A DNA stretch of 64,000 bases from Azolla caroliniana. Its lineage: Eukaryota; Plantae; Polypodiophyta. The first letter of the stretch is position 1, and every line of letters begins with the position of its first letter. The notes under the pieces were generated by a model. That model did no database searches. It was not told the origin of the DNA and worked only from the letters and a program-made list of their open reading frames with translations. A program made the translations under genes and the position numbers. Location of the stretch: the NCBI GenBank assembly GCA_043228905.1, contig JBHGNT010000001.1, forward strand, positions 24,366,001-24,430,000. The letters are read 5' to 3'. Of this stretch, positions 1 through 13,167 are shown piece by piece.

Positions 1-475
1 TCTTCTCGATTCGGCCGAGCATAGACTCTACTCAATTGAGTAGTTGGAGACTTATTCTCAATCTCCCAATCGACAATCGTCTTCTCTTCCATGAAGACGA
101 TGTCTCGACTCCTAATCACCTTCTTTTTGGCTAAGTCCCATAGACAATATCCGAATTCATCATCGTCGTAGCCGAGAAATATGCATGGCCAAGTTTTCGA
201 ATCCAATTTCCCCCTTCGGTCCTTTGCCACATGCACATAGGCAAGACAACCGAACACCCTCAGATATCGGTATGAGACGTCCTAGCCGCCCCACGTACTT
301 TCTGGAATATCACCATCCAAGGGTACTGAGGGTGATCGGTTTATCACATATGTTGTCGTTATCAATGCCTCAGCCCATAACGTCTTCGGTAACTTTGCAT
401 GTGCAAGCATACTTCAGACCCTCTCTATTACGGTCTGGTCCATTCTCTCTGCCAGCCCGTTAAGCTATGGAGCCG
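1..475 (-). pseudogene. Ty1/copia (Tnt1/Tork-like) integrase fragment
   Basis: Minus strand reads LNGLAERM..WAEA..YVINRSPSVPLDGDIPE..LRVFGCLAYVHVAKD.RGKLDSK..CIFLGY..SRDIVFMEE with stops; homologous to 34665-35420 (+). Confidence 0.85.
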
Positions 476-1249
476 GATTTTGGGTTTTTGACTAATTTTG
501 GCTAGCCGACTCTCGTTTTGACCTTTTCGGTCGATTTCGGCCAACTGACTTTGATTTCATCTTTTTGACCGATTTTGGCCAACCGACTCTCGTTCCGGCC
601 TTTTCGGTTGATTTCGGCGAATCGACTCTTGTTTCGTCTTTCTAACCGATTTCGGCCAGCAGACTCTCCCACAAGGAGGGACAATCTTCCATAACACAAT
701 TGACTTACCACAAAGCCAAGTCATTACTTAAAAAGTTGTATTTTCATCATTATACTTTTTCATATGTAAATTATCATACATCAGAGCTTGAATGAGTGAC
801 ATGGTTATCATGCATCACATGTAATGCATGCACACGAAATGGCAAACATGCGTCGCATGCATTTCATGCATTACATGCATTGTATGCATGTCTTGCACGG
901 TCACATGCATCATATGCATGGGGGCATCTATAAAAGAGTGCAAGAAAAAGAAAAGGGGGATGAATCAAGGAATCAAAGCAAGTTATGTACTGAATCAAGG
1001 AAACAATAATAGAAATCTAGTTATCCTATTGGTGATGTATCTTGCCTCTAAAAATTGAAGTCAAGGGTTCAATCTCTATATCAATCTCTCTCTCTCAATA
1101 TGTCTCATAATTGGAATCTCCGTCTCTCAATCTCTCTGTATCTATCTTAAATTCTTTCTTGCTAAAGCTAGTACAACCTTCGAATCCTTCCGGTCTAGGA
1201 CCCCGATGGTCCCGCTTCATTTTGTGAACACGCGAGGATTTCCTCGACA
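476..1249 (+). repeat. 5' LTR (5'-truncated) with ~39-bp tandem repeats at ~490-670
   Basis: Aligns by eye with ~9400-10040; ends TTCCTCGACA; TATA box (ctataaaag) at ~929. Confidence 0.8.
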
Positions 1250-1289
1250 TCTTTCTTCATGAACCTGACGTGAAGAAGCGGTAGGAAGG

Positions 1290-1934
1290 ATCAAGGTGAG
1301 GATCGACTAATACTTGGAGATGACATCCTGAAGCAGTCAAGCGGGAGAGTTTGAAAGGATGATGATAATCGTCAAACAAATAAGGAGAACCTAGGGCAAT
1401 GATGCAAGCATCGAGAAGGTTGTCGATCGTATCGTGGAGATCGTGGGTCAATTTGATGGAAGGAACATTATGAAGTTCCTTGAGGCATATAAAGGGAGAT
1501 GAAGCAGGGGGACATGTCTAAAGCACGTCCAATCTCAAGTTTCAAGAGAGTTGTCGCCAACAACGTCCAAAGACGGGTCATTGAGCTTCGAGAAGGGAAG
1601 ACGACATGATCCAAGTTCGAGAAAGCAATATTAGCGGAGTTCATGATAGAATATTTTGTCGTGGATGACTCGACATGACTTGATGAAGTGGATAGAGAAG
1701 AAATATAAGAGGATGAGCGGCTCGAGGGTGTACGACAAGTTCGACCAGATGTTTCGTCGTCTCCCCACCACGGATCAAGTGCTGCATGAGGAGGACAATA
1801 CTTTGTACTACCTGAAAGCTCTGGATATGAAGGATAAACAAGAACTGAGGACTCTCCTTGAAGATGATACCCAAGCGAACGAGCTTGTGGCAGACTGGAT
1901 TGCGGTGAAGCGAGCGTGCAACAGGCTCGACTAG
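1290..1934 (+). pseudogene. Gypsy gag (capsid) remnant
   Basis: RIVGQFDGRN..KFLEAY; LLEDDTQANELVADW..VKRACNRLD; homologous to 11128-11750 and 59242-59850. Confidence 0.75.
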
Positions 1935-2430
1935 GGTCATGAATGGGTTGATGACACTGACTTGGTAGGATTGAGCGGGGGAAAAACGAGACAACCGAAA
2001 GTGGTTGAGCTACCTAAACAAAGTGACCCAGAAGAAAAGAAGATTGATGATCACTCGAGGACGGCAAAGGCCACTTCGAGAGAGGACGAATGTTTTGGAA
2101 AATGCATCGTGTTCGAAACATTGAATGATGAAGGAGAAAGGCTAATCAAAGCTTGCATCAAGGAAGATAAAGAGTGCGAGGTTGGCATGATTGAGGATCT
2201 AGCCACTAAAGACGACATTAAGGAGGTGGCTATCAACAAGACAACAAGGATGGCCGACGGACATGGTGAGACTTTCTGCACACTTGTTCCGGAGACTTGG
2301 GCAGTTGCATATGGGAACCAACGTGAGACCCAAGGGATGGATTGTGGCGAAGAGGAAGAAAAGTTCCAAGACAATACAAACAATGACATTGGCCTGAAGA
2401 TGGCAAGAGAGAGCAACGACCATGGAGAGG

Positions 2431-5400
2431 TGTTGAGAATTGAACTCAACCTCCCATAGAGACAACGTTCACACTGGCCAGTAGACATCATACTAGGCTA
2501 GATTTATAATTAGTAGAAAGGGCACTTGCTCTAGATTAATTGGTATTTAAACCAACCTTTTGTAACTTAGTGACTGTTGGACGTAATATATAGTTTCTTG
2601 TTTTAGAGCTCTCTCTCTCTCTCTCTCTTGTCTCTCTCTTGTCTCACGTGCACACACACACACACACATTCTTTATATGGTATCAGAGCACGTGGTAGCT
2701 TGATCCAAGCCCATCGCCTTTACGTGTGTTGTGGTCAAGCTCATAGAGAACAAACTGATCGCTATAGCAACGATTTCTGCACAGCTCACATCAAGAGTAG
2801 AAGAAGTTCGACAATGAATACCCAGATGGGAAGCGTTCTTCCCATCGAGAAGCTCAATAGAAGAAAGTTTGCATCTTGGGAGTACAAGATGCATCAGTAC
2901 CTTGTCGGACAAGGTTAGTGGAGCTACATCGAGGGAGCTCACGAAACGCAACCCAACGCGACACACGCCGACTACCTAGCATGGGAGCAGGCCGCGAGCC
3001 ATGTGTTGTATTGCCTTGCATCGTGCATTCATGGCCACATGCTCAGCTATATTCGAGATTTGGAAACACCGAAAGAAGCTTGGGGAAATCTCAAGAAGAT
3101 CTTTGCGGCCAATACGGCTGCACAAAAGCTCCAACTTCAATAGGAGCTAAACAATGTGCAACATAGGGACATGTTAATCATCGGCTATACCTTGAAGATC
3201 AAGGAGTTGTGCGATGGCCTAGGTTCGATTAATGTCATCATCGACGATGAAGAAATGGTGCAAATATGTCTCGGCGGCTTGGCACCTCGATTCGGCATGA
3301 TCAAATCAGCCACTCGTGCGAGGGAGAAGCCTCCCTCCTTTTTTGACCTTCAATCAATTCTATTGGTTGAAGAGAATCATGTTCGACAAAGGAACAATGC
3401 GCTTGATGGTCAGATGCTCTACTCACAGTGGGATGATAGAAGAGGATTCGGCTATGGAAATAGAGGTCGGCTCGGACGAGGCCGACACAGTCGGCCGACC
3501 CAAGAGCGTAATTTCCACCAATGGAAAGAGAACATAAATAGTCCTAGAGAGTTTGGCAGAAGGGGGAGCCACCCTGCCGGACCGAGCAATCATAACAACC
3601 CGATCGAATACAAGTATTGTGGAAAATATGGTCACTATGAAGAGGAGTGCCGGAAAAAGATACGAGAGTCAGCTTTGACTAGCCGATAATTCACAAACTA
3701 TGCTTGGAATTCTGACTACGACGATTGTGGAGGGATGTTCATAATGAGGCATGAAGCACACTTGATGTCGGCACAGGTCCCGACCAACACCTCTTCTTTA
3801 GATAGCACATGGTTTGTCAACTCAAGAACATCCAATCACATGGCGTTCCATGAAGATTGGTTCCAAGAATTATGGAAGCCCGATCGACCCGACTATTGCG
3901 AAACTGGAGATGATACGACTCACCCAATTTGGCATGTCAGGAATGTTCCACTCGGTAATGACGGCAAACAAACCTGCCTCAAGAATGTCTTGCTTGTTCC
4001 AACCATCACAAAAAACCTGGTCTCGATAAGCCAGATTGTCGAATAAGGTATGCAAGTACGATTCAATAATGAAGGGTGCTTCATCGAAAAGGACGATCAA
4101 ATTATAGCGCACAGTCGTTGAGAATTAGAGGAGGTGAAATCGGCTATGTTCGCAAAAGGCCTTAAAGTTGAAACAAACTTGAAACTATGGCACAAGAGAA
4201 TTGGCCACATCAATCTTCAAAAGCTCCAAAACATGCAGTCAAAAGGAGTCGTAATTGGACTCCCTACATTTACTGAGAAGGAGATTACGGGTGTATGCGA
4301 GGCATGCCAGTTCGGAAAACAATGCCAACATCCATTCCCGAAAGAGAGGAATGTGAGCAAAGGGCTCCTGGATGTAGTACATTCATATGTGTGGGGACCA
4401 GCCCAGACGACAACATTCGGTGGTTGCCGATATTATGTCACGTTCATCGACGACCTCTCCAGGCATACTTGGCTCTACCCGATGAAACAGAAGAGCAAAG
4501 TGTTCGGCCACTTCCAAAGGCTCAAAAACGAAGTCAACAAAACCACGGGTCGGCACGTACGCTGACTTCAATCGGATGGAAGCAAAGAATATTTCTCGGA
4601 CGAGTTTACGGCATATCTCCGAAAGGAAAGAATATGACGAGAATTCTCGTGTCTACATACACCTCAGCAAAGCGATGTAGCCAAACGGAAGAATCGGCAC
4701 ATCGTAGAGGTTGCACGGGGAATGATGAATGAGAAGAACATGTCGAAATCCTACTGGGCAGATGCGGCGAACACGGACGTATATCTCATGAACAAGTGTA
4801 CAACCTCTAGGGTATACGAAGTAACCCCGCATGAGAGGTTTTTTGGAAAGAAGCCGGATTTATCACATGTTCGGATTTTCAGTGCAATCGCCTACGTGCA
4901 TATTCCCGATGAAACGTGACAAAAGCTCTACCTAAAGTCGGAGAAATGTATCCTTGTAGAGTACTCGCTGGAACATAAGGGGTACAAATGCTACAACCCA
5001 TCTAGCCGAAAAGCTCGAGTAAGTCGAGACGTAGTTTTAGACGAGTTGGCATCCTGGTACGATCCAGAGACGACTCCGATTTCTACTCCAATCGACTCAG
5101 AATCGGCCGAACGAGAGATAGAAGATGAATTTTGATTTGGACACATGTTCGAAGAAAGTCTGATTACAACAAGGCTTAGTGGACCACAGGAGCCCCCGAG
5201 TGACCAAAGCACATCTCGGCCAAGTCAGAAACTCGACAAAGGGAAGGCCAAGATGTCTGAATACGAAGATCCAATCGACCACACGTCAACTCAGTCCCTT
5301 GACAATGAGTTCGAAGGCCTGGACATCCCAATCTTCTAGACGAATGGAGCGAAGAAAGCATAATTTAGTCTCCGCGAACGAGAAGCTACGCCGGTCCACC

Positions 5401-7450
5401 CGTGAAAAGAACCCCGTAAGCTGATTCGGCGACAATGAGTACATAGCGTATCATTACGCCTTTATGATGAAGGTAGCGACTGCACGGGAAACGGAAACAT
5501 TCTCCGAAGCCGTGAAGGACCCGCGATGGGTCGGCGTGATGAACGAAGAAATCTAGGCCTTCTGCAAAAATGAGACAGGAGATCTTATTCCCCATTCACC
5601 TCACAAGAAAGCGATTGGTTGTTGATGGATATATAAGGTCAAATACAATGTCGATGGCTCCTTAAATCGCTTCAAAGAATGACTCGTTGCAAAAGGATAT
5701 GCACAAACACACGGAGTTGATTACAAGAAGACCTTTGCCCCAGTGGCAAACATGACGACTGTGCGGACTGTAATTGCACTCGTAGCCGCGAAAGGATGGC
5801 ATCTCCACCAAATGGATGTCAATAACGCTTTTCTTCAAGGAAAATTGGAAGAGAAGGTGTATATGGTACAACCAACCGGCTTTGAATCCTATACTCATCT
5901 GAAAGTCGTGTGCTGACTCAAAAAGCCAATCTACGGCCTCAAGCAAGCACTGCATGCTTGGCATTCGAAGATCACTTAGTATCTTCACCAAATCGGCTTT
6001 TGAATGTCGAAATCGGACATCTCCTTGCACATATGAATCGAGTCGCACCACCCGATTGTCATTATCCTATACGTGGATGATCTAGTAATCAGAGGAAAGG
6101 ATCTCGCCAAGATCATTAAGGTCAAATCACTCCTATCCAGCAATTTCGAAATGAAAGACCTGCACAAGTTCCATTACTTTCTTGGCATCGAAGTAATTCG
6201 AACACCAGTCGGGATATTGATCTCTCAATGGCACTACATTATCAACTTACTCTACAAGTTCAGAATGACCAAGTGCAAACTTGTGTCTACCCCTCTTGAT
6301 CGAAATCTCAAGCTCGATGTCGATTCAGGCACAACCAAGTGTGTTCCGACTCAGTATCAACAACTGATTGGTAGCCTAATTTATCTAACCATCACACAAC
6401 CCGACCTCAGCTATTCAGTCGGCCTACTCAGCCAATTCATGCAGAACCCACGAAATGGTCATCTTGATTGCTCTAAGAGGATACTTCAGTATGTCAGTAT
6501 GATGATGGATTATGACATCATGCATTAGTCGAAAACACTTATTCGACTCGAAGGGTACACAGACGCAGACTGGGCTGTTTATAAGGCTGATAGATGATCC
6601 ACTTCCAGATTTGTCTTCTCACTCAGCAACGGAGTGATCTCTTGGAGCAACAAGAAACAACCGACAGTCGCATTGTTGAGCACAGAGGCCGAATCCAAGG
6701 GTGTGACTGTCGCCGCATGTGAAGCTGTCTTGCTCAAACGCATCATGAAGGACTTGGGTGTTCCCATTACGGATCCAATTTGCCTCTTTTGCGACAACAG
6801 GAGCAGTATCTACCACGCTCGGAACCCCGTAGTCCATGCGCGGACTAAACGCATCGTGAGCGCGTTCATTCGCGAGCGCGTTCAAGACGGTGAAATCAAT
6901 CTCCAACACATCAGTACGAACCTTCAAGTTGCTAACATCTTTACAAAGGGCATAGGAGTCGACAAGCTCGGGCAATTTGCATCGGACCTTGGTCTCACAA
7001 TCTCTACATTGCTGAGCTTGAGGGGGAGTACACCAGGTGACACGGAAGTAGCCGAGAAGTAGAAGTAACCGATCTATCGATCGAAGCCAACCAGAGGAGT
7101 CGAAGTACGAACAAACAATCGAACAGTCGAACATGGAGAATCAAACAATCGAAATCAAAAAGCAAAGTCGAAACCGGAAACAAAACTAAAATAAAAAAGC
7201 GAAGCTGAAGTCGACTCAACCGAATCGAAGTATTTCGAAGACTGAACCAAAACAACCTTTTGACATCCAAAAGTTGTGTTCGAAGGGGCGTGTTGAGAAT
7301 CAAATTCAACTTCCCATAGAGACAGTGTACACAATACTAGGCTAGATTTGTAATTAGTAGAAATGGCACTTGCCCTAGATCAGTTGATATTTAAACCAAC
7401 CTTTTGTAACTTAGTGATTGTTGGACGTAATATATAGTTTCTTGTTTTAG

Positions 7451-7489
<39 letters not shown>

Positions 7490-7524
7490 CTCGTGTGCAC
7501 ATACACACACACACATTCTTTACA
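2431..7524 (+). mobile_element. Full-length degenerate Ty1/copia element
   Basis: LTRs 2431-2677 and 7291-7524; TSD AGAGG/AGAGG; PBS TGGTATCAGAGC (tRNA-iMet) at 2678-2689; gag with zinc knuckle, then PR, INT, RT and RH motifs in copia order. Confidence 0.95.
2813..7062 (+). pseudogene. Copia gag-pol, disrupted by stops and frameshifts
   Basis: CGKYGHYEEEC knuckle; WFVNSRTSNHM (PR); LWHKRIGH..CEAC and YYVTFIDD (INT); YVDDL (RT); ISWSNKKQPTVALLSTEAE (RH). Confidence 0.92.
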
Positions 7525-7638
7525 AGAGGATTCCTCCACACTTGTTCTAGAGACTTCGGCAGTTGCATCCGATAGCCAACCTTTTGTAACTTTAAGTTAG
7601 TGACTGTTGGACGTAATTTATATAGTTTCTTGTTTTAG

Positions 7639-7684
<46 letters not shown>

Positions 7685-7780
7685 TTGCATGCACATACAC
7701 ACACACACACACACATTCTTTATAAGAGGATTCCTCCACACTTGTTCCAGAGACTTTGGCAGTTGTGTCCGATAGCCAAC
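7394..7780. repeat. ~190-200 bp tandem duplication of the 3' LTR end plus flank, including (CT)n(CA)n microsatellites
   Basis: ~7394-7580 is repeated at ~7575-7780; junction at CCAAC. Confidence 0.85.
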
Positions 7781-9169
7781 ATGAGACCAAAGAGAGGGAA
7801 GGTGATTGCGCATCAAGGCAAAGATAGATATGGACGAGTCGATGGTGAATGGTGGTGACAAGACTTTCCCCACACTGGTTCGAGAGACTTGGGTAGTTGC
7901 ATCCGAGAACCGACATAAGACCCAAGAGATGGAAGGTGGCAATGAGGGGAAGTTCAAATCGGATGTGAAAGGTGACATCAAGACAAAGGTGTCAGAGGCA
8001 ATTGACCAAAGACAAATGGATTCAATTCAAAGCCAACGTGAGACCCAAGAGGTAGAAGATGATGGCGAGGAAGTGAAGGTCCAAGTTGATGCAAATAACG
8101 ATGTCGGGGTGTGGCTGACAAATACATATGGATCTCACCACGCTCGTTCTAGAGACTTGGGCATTAACCGATGTAAGACCCAAGAGAAGGGCAATGACGA
8201 CGAAGAAGCAAGGGTTGAAGTTGATGTGTGGGAGAAAGAGGTCAAGCAAAGCATAGAAATGAAAGTTGATGCGTGCAACAAAGGGTCAGAGCAAAGTATG
8301 AGAAGGGATGGCAGTGGCCAAGCGAGCCATGCGGATCCGAAGGATGTGATCATCGCCTCTTTCATGGAGGACAATAGGTGCAAAGTCTATATGATTGACG
8401 AAGAAGCCACAAAAGACAAGGTCAAGGAGGTGGGTGTGAACATCACAACAAGGACAGACAATGAACTCCGAGAGATTTTCTCCACACTTGTTCCACAGAC
8501 TTGGGCATTTGCGTCCAAGAACCAACATAAGACCCAAGAGAAGGAAGGTGGCAGCGAGAAAGCAAGGGTTGAAGCTGATGCATGTGTTTAAGAGGCCAAG
8601 CAAAGAACAACAAGAAATGACGAGGTTCAAGTGGCCTAAGAAGATTTAAATGGTGTTCCTCAAGATATTGATGTAACATTCAACTTGAAGGAGAACACTA
8701 TCATTAAGATCGAGGAAGCGATGGACAACTCTAACATAAGAAGCTACCACAAAAGTAGACAAAGTGAGGAACATAGTGCATGGTCGTGTAAGGATCTCAA
8801 AGTGGGCATGCACTTGAAGGTACTACATGGGGTAGTTAATGTCATTATTCAGATAAAGGCTTGGGGAGAAAGACACAAAACAAAATGCGTGACGGGTCAA
8901 AGTGCCTTGAGCAAGGAGACGATCGGGACAAAGGTGGAACATGCATAAAGCCTAAATGGTTATGATCTAAAGGAGAATAAGGGGCCATGACAACTAGTCA
9001 TGGTAAAGCAAAGACTAAACAAATGATATGGTGGATTGGGTGGCAACAATAGTTTGAGTGAAAGGAATAGACATGCTCGAAATGGAGGAATCGTACTAAT
9101 CACCGTAGCCGAAATCTCACACTCTCTTCTTGGCACTTACCAGAGGACGTGCGGTTTGTTGGGGGTGAG

Positions 9170-10040
9170 TGTCGTGAAGATTTTCGCACTACGGTGTGAA
9201 AATCATGTGGAAAGGAGAAAACCGAGAAGGCCTCACTTTCGCGCTTCTCTTAGTGCTTTTTCTCAGTGAGTTATCCCACATATATATGCAGCTACTACGA
9301 CTCTCCCTATATATATACAACCATATCTCACATATATATATGACTATGTGTATATATATATGTGTATATTTGTTTGAACTTCTTTTCGACTGACTAGCAT
9401 TTGACCGAACCTTGTTACGGCTTTTCAGTTGATTTCAACCAACCGACTGTTGTTTCGGCTTTCTAACCGATTTCTGCTAGCCGTCTCTCCCACAAGAAGG
9501 GACAATCTTACTAACACAATTGACTTACCACAAAGCCAAGTCATTTCTTAAAATGTTGTATTTTTTCATCATTATACTTTTTTCCTATGTAAATTCTCAT
9601 ACATGAGAGCTTGAATGAATGACATGGTTATCATGCATCACATGTAATGCCTGAGTGCCAAATGGCAAACATGCATCGCATGCATTTCATGCATTACGTG
9701 CATTGTAAATGTCTTGCACCCTGACATGCATCATATGCATAAGGGCATCTATAAAAGAGTGCAGGAAAAAGAAAAGGGGGATGAATCAAGGAATCAAAGG
9801 AAGTTATGTACTAAATGAAGAAAACAATAATAAAAATCTAGTTATCTTATTGGTGATGTATCTTGTCTCTAAAAACTGAAGACAAGGGTTCAATCTCTAT
9901 CTCAGTCTCTCTCTCTCAATACATCTCATAATTGGAATCTCCGTCTCTCAATCTCTCTGTAGTACAACCTTCGAATTCTTTCGGTTCAGGACCCCGGTGG
10001 TCCCACTTCATTTCGCGAACACGCGAGGATTTCCTCAACA
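9170..10040 (+). repeat. 3' LTR of the non-autonomous Trp-family element
   Basis: TGTCGTGAAG...TTCCTCAACA; followed by ACGT. Confidence 0.85.
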
Positions 10041-10260
10041 ACGTGGGCCTTCCCCTTGACTTCGACCTTGCCCTTAACTTATCTCGATTTTGGGGCCTCT
10101 TCCTCGATTCGTGTCACTTTCCGTGACAAGGGCCTTCGGGTCGGTATTTGGACTCTCGGTCCTTCCGGTGGGCTTCTTCATTCAATAAGCTCGACTTCAC
10201 CTGCTCTAGGGATAAGTGTTTCCTTTGTGGCCCCGCGTTGCCCAATCTGACAAACAGCGT
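10041..10260 (-). pseudogene. Copia gag fragment (continues at 17586-18040)
   Basis: TLFVRLGNAGPQRKHLSLEQVKSSLLNEEA; homologous to 27470-27940 (+). Confidence 0.8.
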
Positions 10261-11089
10261 TGTCGTAGTGTAGGTTGCACACTATGTGGAAATTATATTT
10301 TTGTCCCTCCGGATAGAGAATGGAGTGCTCGGTGAGAACCGGCAAGGAGGAAAACGGCAAGGAAGAAAACGGCATACCGGCAAGGAGGAAAACGGCATAC
10401 CGGCAAGGAAGAAAACGGCATACCGGCAAGGAGGAAAACGGATAAAGAGACATAAATGTAAAAAGAAAGGAAATACTCACTACTGCGCAGGGCGTGATTC
10501 AAACTCTGCACCTCCACGTTGACAAACCCCAACCTTACCATTACATTAACTTATCTTAAGTGTTTTAAATATAGATTTAATACGTATAAGACCTTTATTT
10601 ATGCATACCTTTATTAAAAGGTAAATCGTGTATTTTTTTAATATATGAAAAAGAAAAAACACGAGACACTAAAAATAACTCATGCACATCTAGCGTGCAT
10701 GAGCCCTATACTTAGGAAATAAAAAAGCATCACATGCACATTTAGTGGACATGAACACTTTTTGTAAAAAAGCATGTAGCTATGCTTAGTCTCTCCCATC
10801 ACTATATAAGGATGGGGAGCACATTGTAGTTGTTGTTGATTTTTTTTTGGATTAAGAATTAATCAATACAAAAATTATTCGTGGGATTCACGATTTATAC
10901 ATCTACTTCTCTCTTAACACCCTAAGTACCAATTAATATAGTATACTCGTGTGATTCACGAGTTTCTTATCTTTCTCTTTGCTATTTACTCATAATTAAT
11001 CTCTATCTCACGAACTCCTTTCTCCTAGTCCAAGACCTCTGTGGTTCCCACCCGACTCACGCAACGATCCGGAGCCGAAAGGCACGACA
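10261..11089 (+). repeat. 5' LTR; U3 tandem repeats (GGCAAGGARGAAAAC[GGCATACC]) at 10341-10440; TATA box at ~10803
   Basis: Direct repeat of 16757-17585. Confidence 0.97.
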
Positions 11090-11093
11090 CAGT

Positions 11094-11111
11094 TGGTGAA
11101 CCCGACGTGAA
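11094..11111 (+). promoter_or_regulatory. Primer binding site complementary to tRNA-Trp(CCA)
   Basis: TGGTGAACCCGACGTGAA is the reverse complement of the plant tRNA-Trp 3' end TTCACGTCGGGTTCACCA (recalled). Confidence 0.9.
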
Positions 11112-11127
11112 GACGGGTGGCAAGGAG

Positions 11128-13167
11128 ATGGAGGCTCAACAAGCTAACAATATGATGGCGATGTTCGAACGGATGCTTCAAGAACAACGCACGATGTCGG
11201 AGATTTCGGCATCAGTAGAGCGGCTCGTGCAACGCAACGGGCAATTTAATGGTAAGGATGTGTCGCGATATTTGCAGGACTACAAGGCGGTGATGCTCCG
11301 GTGCCGGGCTTCGGAAGGACTGCAAGTGACATCCTTTAACCGGGTGGCGACCGACGGGCTTCAAGGGAGTATCCACGGGTTGCAACAACAAAATCCGACG
11401 TGGGAAGCATTCGAAGAGGCGTTAAAGACCACGTTTGCCATCGAGGACTCCTCCAAGGCAACGCGGAGGGGATTCGAGGATTGGGTGGAAACGTCAGGTA
11501 AGGGGCTGAAGGTCCTCGAAGTGTTTTCGACATTCGAAAGTCGGTTCGGGAGGTTGTCCACGAGAGATCAAACTATTCTTGCACCGGACAAAGTCATCAT
11601 GTTTTTGCGAGCTGTGGACGTCCGGGACCGGAAAGATCTCGGAGTGCTTCTTGAGGACACGACCACTGAAAGCGGCCTCACCGAAACATGGGAAAGCGTG
11701 CGGGATATCGTCGCGCGGTACACGAAGAGGGGGCAATGGCTTGCCAACGAAGAAAAGAGGGTTTCGGAACCGATTCCGAAACCGAGAACGGGACTGGAAG
11801 ACCATCAACCGAGGGCTCGGGAGATTACGGCCGAGAAGGGAGTCGACGCGTCTACGGTGGAGCAGCTGCTGAAGGAGATGGAGAATCTAAAGATCGCGAT
11901 GGTGAAGAAGTCGGATGACCGCCCCACAAGCTCCAAATATACGGATCGACGGTGCATATGGTGCGATAGCGCCGAACACGATCGGAGGGATTGCGACGAC
12001 CATAAGGAGGCGCTATGACGGGATCTCATCTACTACGAGGGAAACCGGATTCATTCGATGGACTCTCGGAAGCCACTCCGACCGAACTTCCGGAAAGGCG
12101 GCATGAAGAAGGTGCTCGAGGAGGAGTTAGCGGCAAGAAGCAACTATGCGACAACCGCGGGAATATGTGTCGGGGAGTCAACGGGAGCGAAGGCGTCTTT
12201 CTGGCCGGAGGTACTAGGAAACACCGAGAAAACCGACTCCAACGATATCCGAAACACCGCGGAAGGCATCCGGGAAGCTACGGGATGGGAGTGCCCTGTC
12301 GACAAGAATAGCATATACGCCCTGTGTCAATTACATGAGGTGTATGTGGACGAGAAACGACGGCGCACGGAGGATGCGGCCGGACCATCGAAGATACCGG
12401 AAAGCTGGAACTCCGGAGGTAAGGGAAAAGAAAAGGCGACTCCGGCATTCAAGCTCGCCTCGGACATAGAACAACAAACCGACTTGAAAAGAGTGTTCGA
12501 GGAAAGAATCTTGGATAGTCGGGTCGATTTTTCGCTGCGGGAACTACTCGGAATAGCGAAGAAGGAGTTTCACGATCTTCTCGTGGATCTTGTGAAAAGG
12601 AAGAGACAAAGTACGGAGGAAAATGCTCCAAGGGTGAATGCAAATACCGTTTCAATGAACGACACCGAAGTGGAAGGCGAAATTCCGAACTCCCACTATA
12701 CAAGGCCACACTGGGCACGTGCGACTACGGAGACTCCGGTCCGAATCGGCAACATCAAAGAACCCGTGCTAGCATTGATTGATCACGGATCGGAGATCAA
12801 CTTGATGTCCAAGGAGTTCTACCGAAAGGGGAAGTGGCCTATAAACACCAACCATGGATGGAAGATTCGGGCAGCCACGAAAACGACAGAAGACCTATTT
12901 GCGGCTTGTCCGGATGTGACGGTAAAGATCGGGGATGTCGAAATTGACCAAAATTTCTTTGTGCAGGATGAGGTTTCACATTCTGTCATCCTCGGCCAAC
13001 CCTTTATCACGGCTTCACGGATGGAGACGAAGGTGCTCGATAGTGGTGCGGCTTTTGCGCGAATTCGGAGCCAAAACGGAGGGAAATCCGTCCAATTCCT
13101 AACGGTGCCGGCAAATCACGAAAGGAACAAGAGGGAACTCTTGTCCCAAGTGAGAATGGATTTTTAA
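11128..13167 (+). CDS. gag: Gag-protease polyprotein with one in-frame TGA at 12016-12018
   Basis: ORFs 11041..12018 and 12058..13167 are in the same frame; knuckle CIWCDSAEHDRRDC; aspartic protease ALIDHGSEINLM and ILGQPF. Confidence 0.85.

Larger units (their letters stand above)
1962..8948 (+). pseudogene. Acidic repetitive ORF region replacing pol (1962-2430 and 7525-8948, split by a copia insertion)
   Basis: The repeated peptide TLV(P/R)(E/Q)TW..A..N.(R/H)(E/K)TQ occurs in ORFs 1962..2459 and 7806..8591. Confidence 0.55.
476..10040 (+). mobile_element. Non-autonomous Ty3/gypsy element of the tRNA-Trp-primed family (5' LTR truncated; copia nested inside)
   Basis: LTR pair ~476-1249 and 9170-10040 (TGTCG...CAACA); decayed PBS (catgaacctgacgtgaa) at ~1258; PPT-like gggggtgag before 9170; gag remnant but no pol. 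Confidence 0.8.

Noticed and set aside
824-1058. His/Met/Cys-rich ORFs suggesting a metal-binding peptide
   Set aside because: They arise from CATG/TGCA-rich LTR sequence and are not preserved in the partner LTR.
10286-10541. Small basic ORFs duplicated at 16782-17037
   Set aside because: They lie in LTR U3 tandem repeats, with no domain evidence.
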